Assembly (NCBI GenBank): GCA_044360745.1
Contig: JBIKJU010000002.1
Span: 1 to 47,369 of the forward strand
From: Chitinophagales bacterium
GTDB taxonomy: Bacteria > Bacteroidota > Bacteroidia > Chitinophagales > LD1
Length of the DNA stretch: 47,369 bases
Direction: 5' to 3'
Shown here: piece by piece, positions 27,498 to 36,308 of the stretch
Layout of the letters: every line of letters begins with the position of its first letter
Position numbering within the stretch: the first letter of the stretch is position 1
Program-made: the position numbers and the translations under genes
The notes under the pieces: model-generated
The model's input: the letters and a program-made list of their open reading frames with translations, nothing else
What the model was told of the DNA's origin: nothing
The model's database searches: none

Positions 27498-28631
27498 ATG
27501 AAAATTGGAATAGTATGTTACCCAACTTATGGGGGTAGTGGAGTGGTAGCAACTGAACTCGGTAAAGCTTTAGCTAAAAAAAATCATCAAGTACATTTCA
27601 TCACCTACAATGAGCCAGTAAGACTCGACCGATTTCACGAAAATATTTTTTATCATGAAGTGAGCTCTTTAGATTATCCGCTTTTTCAATACCAACCTTA
27701 TGAATCTGCATTGGCGAGTAAGATAGTTGACGTAGTAAAGTTTGAAGGGTTAGATATTTTACACGTTCATTATGCCATTCCTCACGCATCAGCTGCACTT
27801 ATGGCAAAATATATCTTGAGAGATCAGGGCTTACATATACCATTTATAACTACACTTCATGGCACTGACATTACACTTGTAGGGCGCGATGCAGGTTATT
27901 TGCCTGTGGTAGAATACTCGATTAATCATTCTGATGGGATAACTGCTGTGTCGCAGTCATTAAAACAAGATACACTAAGATTTTTTAATATAAAAAAGCC
28001 TATTGAGGTTATTCCAAATTTTATTGATTTTTCTCGCTTCAAAAAAACGGACAAAGAGCATTTTAAAAAGGCCATAGCGCCCAACAATGAGAAAATATTA
28101 ATGCACATTTCTAACTTCAGGAAAGTAAAACGTGTAGAAGACGTTGTCAAAATGTTTAATCTAGTTTTAAAAAGTATAAACAGCAAATTGATATTGGTAG
28201 GTGATGGCCCAGAACGTATGTCGGTGGAACTACTCTGTAGACAACTAGGCAACTGTGAAGATGTTAGGTTTTTAGGGAAACAAGAAGCTGTAGAGGACTT
28301 ATTGGCTATTGCTGACATTTTTGTATTACCTTCAGAAAATGAAAGCTTTGGTTTAGCTGCACTTGAGGCTATGGCCTGCGAAGTACCTGTCATTTCGTCC
28401 AATGCTGGAGGTATAGCAGAAGTAAATCTTCAAGGCGAAACAGGATTCTTGAGTGCTGTAGGAGACTTTGAAGACATGGCTAAAAACGCCATATATATTC
28501 TTGAAAATGAAGAAAGACTAACTACTTTTAAGCAAAATGCACTTGCTCAAGCTAAGCGCTACGACCTAGATAAAATTTTACCAATTTATGAGCATTATTA
28601 TAATCAAGTTTTAGAGAATGCTAAAGCATAA
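27498..28631 (+). CDS. bshA: N-acetyl-alpha-D-glucosaminyl L-malate synthase (GT4 glycosyltransferase, bacillithiol biosynthesis)
   Basis: MKIGIVCYPTYGGSGVVATELGKALAKKNHQVHFITY...HVHYAIPHA...ESFGLAALEAMACEVPVISSNAGG closely parallels Bacillus BshA as I remember it. I moved the start to ATG 27498. Confidence 0.85.
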   Translation: MKIGIVCYPTYGGSGVVATELGKALAKKNHQVHFITYNEPVRLDRFHENIFYHEVSSLDYPLFQYQPYESALASKIVDVVKFEGLDILHVHYAIPHASAALMAKYILRDQGLHIPFITTLHGTDITLVGRDAGYLPVVEYSINHSDGITAVSQSLKQDTLRFFNIKKPIEVIPNFIDFSRFKKTDKEHFKKAIAPNNEKILMHISNFRKVKRVEDVVKMFNLVLKSINSKLILVGDGPERMSVELLCRQLGNCEDVRFLGKQEAVEDLLAIADIFVLPSENESFGLAALEAMACEVPVISSNAGGIAEVNLQGETGFLSAVGDFEDMAKNAIYILENEERLTTFKQNALAQAKRYDLDKILPIYEHYYNQVLENAKA

Positions 28632-29052
28632 ATAGCTCAAACTTTTCTATCCATTCATCTTCCATTTTTTGCATAATTGCTTGTTGCTTTTTAGTTTTAT
28701 CATCAAATCCACAAAGGTGAAGCACGCCATGAAAAATTACTCTTTGAAGTTCCATATTAAATTGTGCCTTAAGAGTAGAAGCATTATCTTTTACTCTATC
28801 TACACTGATATAAATTTCCGCATCCACACTTGTTTCGGTTTCTTCTAATGGAAATGTGATGATGTCTGTGTAATAATCATGATTTAAAAAATCTTTGTTG
28901 ATTTGGAGTAGATATGCGTCCGAACAAAACACACAATTCAACGACAATTTTTTTGATGTTTGTAGAAAAAAATGACGCTTCAAAAAAATCTTTAAATCAG
29001 CAGATCTTTGAAGTCTGAAAGCAATATCAGATTTATGAAAGTTGATAGGCAT
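28621..29052 (-). CDS. ybeY: rRNA maturation endoribonuclease YbeY
   Basis: HGVLHLCGFDD zinc motif. Start set at the internal ATG (MPINFHK...), giving a typical ~143-aa length. The 3' end overlaps the bshA 3' end by 11 nt (convergent). Confidence 0.85.
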   Translation of the reverse strand: MPINFHKSDIAFRLQRSADLKIFLKRHFFLQTSKKLSLNCVFCSDAYLLQINKDFLNHDYYTDIITFPLEETETSVDAEIYISVDRVKDNASTLKAQFNMELQRVIFHGVLHLCGFDDKTKKQQAIMQKMEDEWIEKFELFML

Positions 29053-29305
29053 GTTGAGCAAAAATAATAATATTAATTGAATCCTCGATTCATATTTAGC
29101 TTTCATATCAACCAGAAATTCATGCCCAACAGCTCTTGAGTATTTATCACATTTGTCATAAAAATGTCATTTAACGTTTTTTGGAGATGCTTTTTAAAAT
29201 TTCAAGCAACCTATTATCATTCTTTTCGTTCTTATATGTGAAATTCAAAATTTGTGTAAACATATTTTGTTCATTTTTGTATAATATGAATAAGTAGGGA
29301 AAATT

Positions 29306-30175
29306 ATGAGGCAATTGAAAATTTCGAAATCAATCACCAACCGTGAAAGTCAGTCTATAGAAAAATACCTTCAAGAAATAGGGAAAGTAGACTTGATAAC
29401 CGCAGAGGAGGAGGTACAACTGGCTAGAAGAATAAAGCAGGGCGATACGGATGCATTGGAAAAACTAACTAAAGCTAATCTTCGATTTGTGGTGTCAGTA
29501 GCCAAACAATATCAAAATAGTTCTCTTTCACTAAATGACTTAATCAATGAAGGAAATTTAGGATTGGTAAAGGCTGCTCAAAAGTTTGATGAAACCAAGG
29601 GTTTTAAGTTTATTTCTTATGCAGTATGGTGGATTAGACAATCTATTATTCAAGCTCTAGCGGAGCACTCAAGAATGGTAAGATTGCCTCTAAATAAAGT
29701 GGGTTCGTTGACTAAAATCAATAAGGCATTTGCAGAACTAGAACAAGTATATCAGCGTGAACCTTCTCCTGAAGAAGTAGCACTTCATCTTGAAGTACCC
29801 TTAGATGATGTGCTTGCCACTTTAGATTTGGCTGGTCGCCACGTATCCATGGATGCTCCATTTCAAGAAGGCGAATCCAACTCCCTAATAGATGTTCTAG
29901 ACAATCCTAATGCAGAAAGTACTGATATCGGTGTAGATTACATAGAATCGCTTAGGCTCGAAACAGAACGAACGCTATCTTCACTCACTGACAGAGAAAG
30001 GCAAGTTATAAGGTTGTTTTATGGTATCGGTGTTGAGAATGCGCTTACATTAGAAGATATTGGTGACACCTTGGGCATCACACGTGAACGTATTCGACAA
30101 ATAAAAGATAAAGCAATCACAAAATTGCGCTCTCACTCTCGAAATAAAGCTTTAAAAGCCTACTTGGGAAAATAA
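29306..30175 (+). CDS. rpoD: RNA polymerase primary sigma factor (short Bacteroidota sigma-A)
   Basis: 289 aa. Region 2 is [12 protein letters not shown]...[30 protein letters not shown]. Region 4 is [24 protein letters not shown]. Confidence 0.93.
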   Translation: MRQLKISKSITNRESQSIEKYLQEIGKVDLITAEEEVQLARRIKQGDTDALEKLTKANLRFVVSVAKQYQNSSLSLNDLINEGNLGLVKAAQKFDETKGFKFISYAVWWIRQSIIQALAEHSRMVRLPLNKVGSLTKINKAFAELEQVYQREPSPEEVALHLEVPLDDVLATLDLAGRHVSMDAPFQEGESNSLIDVLDNPNAESTDIGVDYIESLRLETERTLSSLTDRERQVIRLFYGIGVENALTLEDIGDTLGITRERIRQIKDKAITKLRSHSRNKALKAYLGK

Positions 30176-30179
30176 CGCC

Positions 30180-31622
30180 CTACTTTTTGGAAGTATCTTT
30201 ATAGCTGATAAGCCATATACCCAAAAATGTAAGTAATCCATTAATAAGCAAAAGTTCGTTGCCAATCTGATAACCGTCTTTATTGATCTTAGACAGCTCA
30301 CTCAACACATAACTTATAGCAGGTGCTATAATACAGATGAACGGCACAAAATTGTCTTTCACTTTTCTACTCGTTAAAATCCCAAACATAAATAAGCCCA
30401 ACAATGGCCCATATGTAATACCCGCTATAAACAAAACTGTGCTAATTACTGCTGAATTGTTGAGCCATTTAAATATCATAATCACCAACAACAACAAGAT
30501 TGCAAAAGCAATATGAATTAACTTTCTGTTACTTTCTCCTTGATCCTTTTTATCTAGAAAATCAAAATAAAAACTAGTAGTAAGTGTGGTCAAGACTGAA
30601 TCTGCACTGTTAAATGTGGCGGCAGTGAGCCCAACTATAAACACTATAGCCGCAAACCACCCCAAATGATGAAGGGCTAAAAACGGAAAAATTTCATCTG
30701 ATTTTGCTGGCAAAGAGATCCCTTTTGCAACAGCAAACTCATATAATAAAACTCCTAACGATAAAAAGAACAGATTGACAGCTAGCTGAATAAAACTAAA
30801 ACTATATATATTTTTTTGTGCCTCTGGAAGTGTTTTGCAGCTTAAATTTTTCTGCATCATATTTTGGTCTAAGCCTGTCATGGTGATGGCTATCAGTGCC
30901 CCACCAATAAACTGTTTAGGGAAAAAGCTTTTCGGAAACAAATCCCAATGAAAAACTTTGGTATAATCAGAATCAATTAATGTGGTCAATAACCCTCCTA
31001 CCCCTAAATCAAGCTGATTGGCAATGGTTATCATAGTAAATACAACAGCCATTAATAAAAATGAAGATTGAAAAACATCTGTCCATACTAATGTTTTAAT
31101 ACCTCCTCTAACTGTATAAAACAAAATCAGAACTATGACAATCAGAGCCGAAAAATAAAATGGAATATTAAATTGGTTGAATACAAAAATCTGAAGAACA
31201 TTAATAGCTAAATATAGTCGTGCACCAGCTCCCAGCAATCGTGAAATCAAAAAATAAAACGAGCCAGTTTTTTCCGACCAATACCCAAATCGCTCATGAA
31301 GATAAGTGTAAATAGAGGTTAGATTTTTAGAATAATATAATGGTAAAAGCACCTTACCAATAAAAAAGTAACCTAACACATAACCCAAAACTAATTGAAG
31401 GTAGTTAAACTTATCGGCTGCTATGATACCAGGTACAGAAATAAAAGTAACTCCTGAGAGCGAATCGCCTATCATACCAAAAGCTACAAGGTACCACTTC
31501 GATGACTTATTGCCTAAAAAGTAGCTATCTTGATCTGCGTTGCGCGCTGTAACCCAAGAGATAGACAACAACATCAAAAAATAAAATGCTATAAATAAAG
31601 AAATATAAATGGGATTAAGCAT
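30180..31622 (-). CDS. Sodium:solute symporter family transporter
   Basis: 480 aa and polytopic (about 12-13 hydrophobic segments). Overall resemblance to the SSF family. Substrate unknown. Confidence 0.75.
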   Translation of the reverse strand: MLNPIYISLFIAFYFLMLLSISWVTARNADQDSYFLGNKSSKWYLVAFGMIGDSLSGVTFISVPGIIAADKFNYLQLVLGYVLGYFFIGKVLLPLYYSKNLTSIYTYLHERFGYWSEKTGSFYFLISRLLGAGARLYLAINVLQIFVFNQFNIPFYFSALIVIVLILFYTVRGGIKTLVWTDVFQSSFLLMAVVFTMITIANQLDLGVGGLLTTLIDSDYTKVFHWDLFPKSFFPKQFIGGALIAITMTGLDQNMMQKNLSCKTLPEAQKNIYSFSFIQLAVNLFFLSLGVLLYEFAVAKGISLPAKSDEIFPFLALHHLGWFAAIVFIVGLTAATFNSADSVLTTLTTSFYFDFLDKKDQGESNRKLIHIAFAILLLLVIMIFKWLNNSAVISTVLFIAGITYGPLLGLFMFGILTSRKVKDNFVPFICIIAPAISYVLSELSKINKDGYQIGNELLLINGLLTFLGIWLISYKDTSKK

Positions 31623-31700
31623 AGGCTATTTGATGTTTATGCAAAGCAGTATATTTTTTGTGAGAAAAGGAAACACATTATATTAGCGATTACTCCTAAA

Positions 31701-31728
31701 CAAAAAAGAAAAGCCCCAAAAAGGGGCT
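31701..31728 (-). terminator. Rho-independent terminator downstream of bTHX
   Basis: Stem AGCCCC (31712..31717), loop aaaaa, stem GGGGCT (31723..31728). A T-rich run follows on the minus strand. Confidence 0.65.
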
Positions 31729-31751
31729 GTTGCAAAATAACTTTACGAAAA

Positions 31752-31922
31752 TTAAGCTTCTTTTTTCTTAGCTGCTGCTTTCTTAGCAGGAGCTTTTTTA
31801 GCCACTGCTTTTTCTTTTTTAGGAGCTGCAATTTCAGGCTTTTCTGTTCTACTTGGACGAGCATTTCCAAATGAGCCTTTGAAACGTTTTCCTTTTTCTG
31901 TTTTTTTATCTCCTCTTCCCAT
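31752..31922 (-). CDS. 30S ribosomal protein bTHX
   Basis: Not in the track (56 aa). Hand translation: MGRGDKKTEKGKRFKGSFGNARPSRTEKPEIAAPKKEKAVAKKAPAKKAAAKKKEA. The N-terminus matches the bTHX pattern MG+GD++T++GK.F+GS.G..RP. A terminator lies downstream. Confidence 0.8.
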   Translation of the reverse strand: MGRGDKKTEKGKRFKGSFGNARPSRTEKPEIAAPKKEKAVAKKAPAKKAAAKKKEA

Positions 31923-31982
31923 TTTGAGTATTTATTTTTTGTTTAGTATGCAAACTTAAGAAAAAATAGAGTTTAGCAAAAC

Positions 31983-32228
31983 TCAATTCAAATTAAACTC
32001 ATAACTGACCAAATGCGTGATAATCGTATTGGCTTTTCGCTTTTGAATTAAAATTAGTTTTTGATCATTCATAAAAATCATTTCACTATGGCTAGGGTCA
32101 TTATAGAGTACTCGTATTTCATCGCCTGGAAACAATCCTAAGTCTAAGACTTCAAGACCCGTGACAGAACATCGAAGATCCACAATATAGGCAATTTCAC
32201 CTTGTTTTAAGTCTGAAAGAGGTTTCAT
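31983..32228 (-). CDS. FeoA-domain protein (stand-alone)
   Basis: MKPLSDLKQGEIAYIVDL...LGLFPGDEIRVLY... is an SH3-like FeoA pattern. Start moved to the internal ATG at 32228. No feoB in the window. Confidence 0.65.
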   Translation of the reverse strand: MKPLSDLKQGEIAYIVDLRCSVTGLEVLDLGLFPGDEIRVLYNDPSHSEMIFMNDQKLILIQKRKANTIITHLVSYEFNLN

Positions 32229-32275
32229 ATTGTGCAATATAGTGGCGAAATGAAGATTTGTCAAGAGCAAAGTTG

Positions 32276-32404
32276 TTAATGTCGCATACTTTTGCCTCCA
32301 AACTTAGGACAATCACATTTTTGCGACTTGCAAGATGACAGCCCAAACAGTAAAACTGAAGCTGAAACCAAAATAAAAAAATAGCGAGTTACTTTTCTGT
32401 TCAT
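32276..32404 (-). CDS. Putative 42-aa lipoprotein
   Basis: Not in the track. Hand translation: MNRKVTRYFFILVSASVLLFGLSSCKSQKCDCPKFGGKSMRH. Signal peptide plus lipobox (LSSC), then a CxC motif. Sits 47 nt upstream of the FeoA-like gene on the same strand. Confidence 0.4.
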   Translation of the reverse strand: MNRKVTRYFFILVSASVLLFGLSSCKSQKCDCPKFGGKSMRH

Positions 32405-32452
32405 GATTTATTTACTAAACGACCAAACAAATTTATTTATTTTGTGCAATAA

Positions 32453-33529
32453 ATGACTAGTCCTTCAAAACTAAATAAACCAAAAATACTTTTTTGCGTC
32501 TTGAACTGGGGACTAGGCCATGCTACTCGCTCTACTCCCATCATTCAGCAACTCACGAATTGTGGCTTCGATGTTCAAATAGCTTCTGACGGTTCATCTG
32601 CATTGATTTTAAAAAAATCATTCCCTCAGTTGACTCATTGGGAATTACCATCTTACCAAATAGATTATGGAAAAGATTTTGTTTGGAGCGTGATTCGTGC
32701 TATACCTTCAATGCTCAGAGTGATTGAAGATGAGAAAAAAGAAATAGACCAAATTGTGCAGAAAGTAAAATTTGATTTCATTTTTTCTGACAACAGATAT
32801 GGATGTTGGAATCTACAATCTAAAAATATTTTTATTTGTCACCAACACCAACTGTTGATGCCAAAATTTCTGGCGATACTAGCTCCTTCTGCAAATTTTT
32901 TTCATCGTAAATTTCTCAATAAATTTGATTACCACTGGATACCAGACACTCCACAGCATGATTTAGCCGGTGGTTTGAGTAAAAGCAATTTTAAAAACAC
33001 TTCATATATCGGCAACCTCAGCCGACTTACACCCTCACCCCTCAAAGATTTAAAGTATGAAGTCATGGCTATAGTTTCTGGACCAGAACCACATAGATCA
33101 ACATTTTTTGAGCTTTTGAAAAAACAGTTGTCTTTATTGCCATACCCTACTTTACTAGTAGGTGGTATACCTGAAAAAGAAGACGATGAAAAATGGATTG
33201 GTCAGTGTCGTATAGTGCCTTATATGAATGAAGTTGAGCTTTCTGATGCTATCGGAGCATCTAAACTTATCATTTGCCGTTCGGGATACAGCTCTATTAT
33301 GGATTTAGTGGCGTTGCAAAAAAAGGCAATTTTAATTCCTACTCCTTTACAAACAGAACAAGAGTATTTAGCATCATTTTATGAGCAGAAAAAGATAGCT
33401 TTTTCATGTACTCAAAGCAGTTTAAATCTTATTGATGCTATTAATAAAGCTCAATCATACAAAGGTTTTGGTGTTATTCTTAGTGACAATGATCTACTCT
33501 TATCAGCCATAAAAAATTTGACATCATGA
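32453..33529 (+). CDS. Glycosyltransferase, GT28/MurG-like (GT-B fold) of unknown acceptor
   Basis: 358 aa. N-terminal KILFCVLNWGLGHATRSTPIIQQL motif and C-terminal ...ICRSGYSSIMDL...IPTP.QTEQ nucleotide-sugar-binding pattern. Confidence 0.7.
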   Translation: MTSPSKLNKPKILFCVLNWGLGHATRSTPIIQQLTNCGFDVQIASDGSSALILKKSFPQLTHWELPSYQIDYGKDFVWSVIRAIPSMLRVIEDEKKEIDQIVQKVKFDFIFSDNRYGCWNLQSKNIFICHQHQLLMPKFLAILAPSANFFHRKFLNKFDYHWIPDTPQHDLAGGLSKSNFKNTSYIGNLSRLTPSPLKDLKYEVMAIVSGPEPHRSTFFELLKKQLSLLPYPTLLVGGIPEKEDDEKWIGQCRIVPYMNEVELSDAIGASKLIICRSGYSSIMDLVALQKKAILIPTPLQTEQEYLASFYEQKKIAFSCTQSSLNLIDAINKAQSYKGFGVILSDNDLLLSAIKNLTS

Positions 33530-33885
33530 TGAAATTTATCCAATCATTTATAGTCGCATTCTCGGGGATTTTTTTTGCAATCAACAGAGAACGAAATATG
33601 CAGATTCACCTACTAGCAGTGGTACTTGTATCCCTTTTTGGATGGCGGTTGAAAATAAACCGAATAGAATGGATAATATTAACTATATGTTTCGGAATTG
33701 TGATAAGTGCTGAGATGTTTAATACAGCAATAGAAATGGTGTGCGATAAATTTCATCCGGAAAACGATGATGCTATAAGACGAGTAAAAGATATAGCAGC
33801 AGGATCAGTTTTGATCGTTTCGATGGCTAGCGTAATCATTGGTGTGCTGATTTTTGCACCATATCTGAAACAATATTTTTCTTAA
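33526..33885 (+). CDS. dgkA: Diacylglycerol/undecaprenol kinase family protein
   Basis: 119 aa with 3 transmembrane helices. ERNMQIH...EMFNTAIEMVCD...KDIAAGSVL motifs. ATGA overlap with the upstream glycosyltransferase. Confidence 0.85.
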   Translation: MMKFIQSFIVAFSGIFFAINRERNMQIHLLAVVLVSLFGWRLKINRIEWIILTICFGIVISAEMFNTAIEMVCDKFHPENDDAIRRVKDIAAGSVLIVSMASVIIGVLIFAPYLKQYFS

Positions 33886-35861
33886 AACGCTAACAGCTCT
33901 TCTATCGCATTTTTAAGCCTTGATTTTGGCAAAAAGTTTTGCTCTAGCGCTATCGCAAATGGCACTGGTGTGTCTAAGGCTCCGAGTCTTTTCACAGGTG
34001 CATCTAGGTATTCAAATAAATGTTCCGAAATATAAGCTGATATTTCTGCGCCTATACCTCCAGTGATAGAATCTTCGTGGATAATCAATACGCGACCCGT
34101 TTTTTGGACTGAAATAGCAATGGCCTCAAAATCTAAAGGCATTAAAGAACGTAAGTCTATCAAATCTGCGTCAATTTCATGCTCGTTTATCACATCTTTA
34201 GCCCAGTGAACAGCAGCACCATAAGCTATTATAGAAAGTTCTTCCCCTGATTTTACAACATTCGCCTTTCCGATAGGTAGTGTATAGTACTCTTCTGGCA
34301 CCTCTCCCTCCACACTCCTGTATAAAAATTTATGTTCAAAAAACATGACAGGATTTGGGTCGTTAATAGCGGCATTGAGCAAACCCTTTGCATCGAATGG
34401 CGTTGATGGGTAAACTATTTTCAATCCAGGTGTATGAAAGAACCAAGCTTCATTGGACTGAGAATGAAAAGGACCTGCCCCAACTCCAGCACCTGTTGGC
34501 ATTCTGACTACCACATCAGCATGCTGTCCCCATCGATAGTATGACTTTGCAAGGTTGTTCACGATAGCATTAAACCCAGTACTCACAAAATCAGCAAACT
34601 GCATTTCTACCATAGTTTTCATTCCCTTTACACTCATCCCTAACGCTGCACTCAAAATGCCACTTTCGCATAAAGGAGTATTTCGAACTCTTTCTTTTCC
34701 AAACTGCGCTAAAAAACCTTCTGTGATCTTAAAAACACCGCCATACTCAGCTATGTCTTGACCCATCAACACAAGGTTATCGTGCTTTTCCATAGATTGG
34801 CGTAACGATTCTGACAATGCATCTATAAATCTCAACTTTCGACCAGTATTTGATACATTACTTTGGTTTTCAGTATCTGTTGTATGCATATACACATCAG
34901 CCATCTCTTCATCTGTATTTGGCACAATCTCTGATAAGCTATCAGCTTCATCAAAAGCTGCCCGCACTTCCTTGTCATATAGTTCACGCATCATCAAAGG
35001 AAAATCTGGCGAAATGATTCCCTCCGAAATGAGCCAATTCTCATAATTTTGAACAGGGTCTTTTTCTGCCCAAGCAGCGATAAGTTCTTGAGGTACATAT
35101 TTTACCCCCGAGGCTTCTTCATGCCCTCTCATCCTAAAGGTCATACACTCAAGCAAAACAGGATGAGGATTTTCTCGCATGTCTTTAGCAAGCTCTGATA
35201 CAGTGTTATAAACGTCCAAAATATTATTGCCATCTATCGTTAAGCCCTTCATACCATATCCCTTTGCTCTATCAGCAAGTTGCTCACATTTAAACTGTTC
35301 ATTGGTGGGAGTAGAAAGTCCGTATCCATTATTTTCTATCAAAATAATAATGGGTAAATCCCATACAGCTGCAATATTGCAGGCTTCATGAAAATCACCT
35401 TCGCTAGTGCCTCCATCGCCTGTAAAAGCGACAGTAATTTTTTTCTCACCATTAATTTTTGATGCTAGTGCTATACCATCACCTAGGCACAATTGAGGTC
35501 CTAAATGAGAAATCATCCCCACGATGTGATGAGGATTTGTGCCAAAATGAAATGAACGTTCTCTGCCTTTTGAGTAGCCTTCTTTTTTTCCTTGAAACTG
35601 TGCAAACAAAGTTTTTAAATCACAATTTCGAGTGGTAAAAACACCTAAATTTCTATGCAATGGACACACATACTCATCATGCTCTAATGCACTTGTAACT
35701 CCCACCGAAATAGCCTCTTGTCCAATACCCGAAAACCACTTGCTGACTCTACCTTGCCGCAGATAGATCAACATTCTTTCTTCAATAACTCTAGGTTTTA
35801 GAATCGCTTTGTAAAGCCCTATTAATTGTTCGTTGGCAAGATTTTTCCTATCAAATTTCAT
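33882..35861 (-). CDS. 2-oxoacid (branched-chain-type) dehydrogenase E1 component, fused alpha and beta subunits
   Basis: 659 aa. The N-half has the ThDP motif (GDGGTSEGDFHEA...ENNGYG). The C-half is transketolase-like pyrimidine-binding plus a C-terminal domain (NTPLCESGI..., FHSQS). Confidence 0.88.
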   Translation of the reverse strand: MKFDRKNLANEQLIGLYKAILKPRVIEERMLIYLRQGRVSKWFSGIGQEAISVGVTSALEHDEYVCPLHRNLGVFTTRNCDLKTLFAQFQGKKEGYSKGRERSFHFGTNPHHIVGMISHLGPQLCLGDGIALASKINGEKKITVAFTGDGGTSEGDFHEACNIAAVWDLPIIILIENNGYGLSTPTNEQFKCEQLADRAKGYGMKGLTIDGNNILDVYNTVSELAKDMRENPHPVLLECMTFRMRGHEEASGVKYVPQELIAAWAEKDPVQNYENWLISEGIISPDFPLMMRELYDKEVRAAFDEADSLSEIVPNTDEEMADVYMHTTDTENQSNVSNTGRKLRFIDALSESLRQSMEKHDNLVLMGQDIAEYGGVFKITEGFLAQFGKERVRNTPLCESGILSAALGMSVKGMKTMVEMQFADFVSTGFNAIVNNLAKSYYRWGQHADVVVRMPTGAGVGAGPFHSQSNEAWFFHTPGLKIVYPSTPFDAKGLLNAAINDPNPVMFFEHKFLYRSVEGEVPEEYYTLPIGKANVVKSGEELSIIAYGAAVHWAKDVINEHEIDADLIDLRSLMPLDFEAIAISVQKTGRVLIIHEDSITGGIGAEISAYISEHLFEYLDAPVKRLGALDTPVPFAIALEQNFLPKSRLKNAIEELLAF

Positions 35862-35875
35862 AATTGCTTAGCGCA

Positions 35876-36298
35876 TTAAATTTTTCTTACTCTTCGTTCA
35901 TGTCTTCCTCCCTCAAAGTCTGTCATTAAAAACAAATCGATAATTTTTTTTGCTTCCTCTAATGATACAAAACGAGCAGGAATACAAACAGCATTGGCAT
36001 CATTGTGCATACGTGCTAGTTCAGCCAATTCTGTATTCCAACATATAGCAGCTCTAACTTTTGGATGCTTGTTTGCTGTGATAGCAACTCCATTAGCACT
36101 GCCACAAAAGAAAATTCCAAAATCATATTTTCCAGTACTGATTTTCTCTGCAGCAGGGTGAATAAAATCTGGATAATCACAAGACTCTTCTGAATAACAT
36201 CCTAAATCATCTACTGAATAACCTTTCTCTAAAAGATAATTTAAAACATCCATTTTGTAGGCATATCCAGCGTGGTCAGCGGCTAAAACTATAGTCAT
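35876..36298 (-). CDS. rpiB: Ribose-5-phosphate isomerase B
   Basis: 140 aa. MTIVLAADHAGY...CGSANGVAITANKH...ARMHNDANAVCIPARF. Confidence 0.9.
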   Translation of the reverse strand: MTIVLAADHAGYAYKMDVLNYLLEKGYSVDDLGCYSEESCDYPDFIHPAAEKISTGKYDFGIFFCGSANGVAITANKHPKVRAAICWNTELAELARMHNDANAVCIPARFVSLEEAKKIIDLFLMTDFEGGRHERRVRKI

Positions 36299-36308
36299 AT
36301 ATTTATAA

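Noticed and set aside
27926-28402. 158-aa minus-strand ORF inside bshA, and similar antisense ORFs in serS (8110..8340), PPK2 (23480..23758), rraA (24143..24388), ACAD (40850..41137, 41405..41665, 41936..42424, 42446..42634), rho and pyrH (43075..43386, 43889..44203, 44420..44638), and yajQ/ybaB (45894..46466)
   Set aside because: Each overlaps a gene with clear family motifs on the other strand, and none shows any motifs of its own.
29150-29175. Direct repeat TGTCAT-aaaaa-TGTCAT between ybeY and rpoD
   Set aside because: A 6-bp direct repeat in an AT-rich spacer is not statistically meaningful, and I recognise no matching motif.
31637-31870. 77-aa minus-strand track ORF (MEMLVQVEQKSLKLQLLKKKKQ...)
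   Set aside because: It is an off-frame reading of the Ala/Lys-rich tail of the bTHX gene and runs through that gene's terminator hairpin. The bTHX frame has a family-typical N-terminus.
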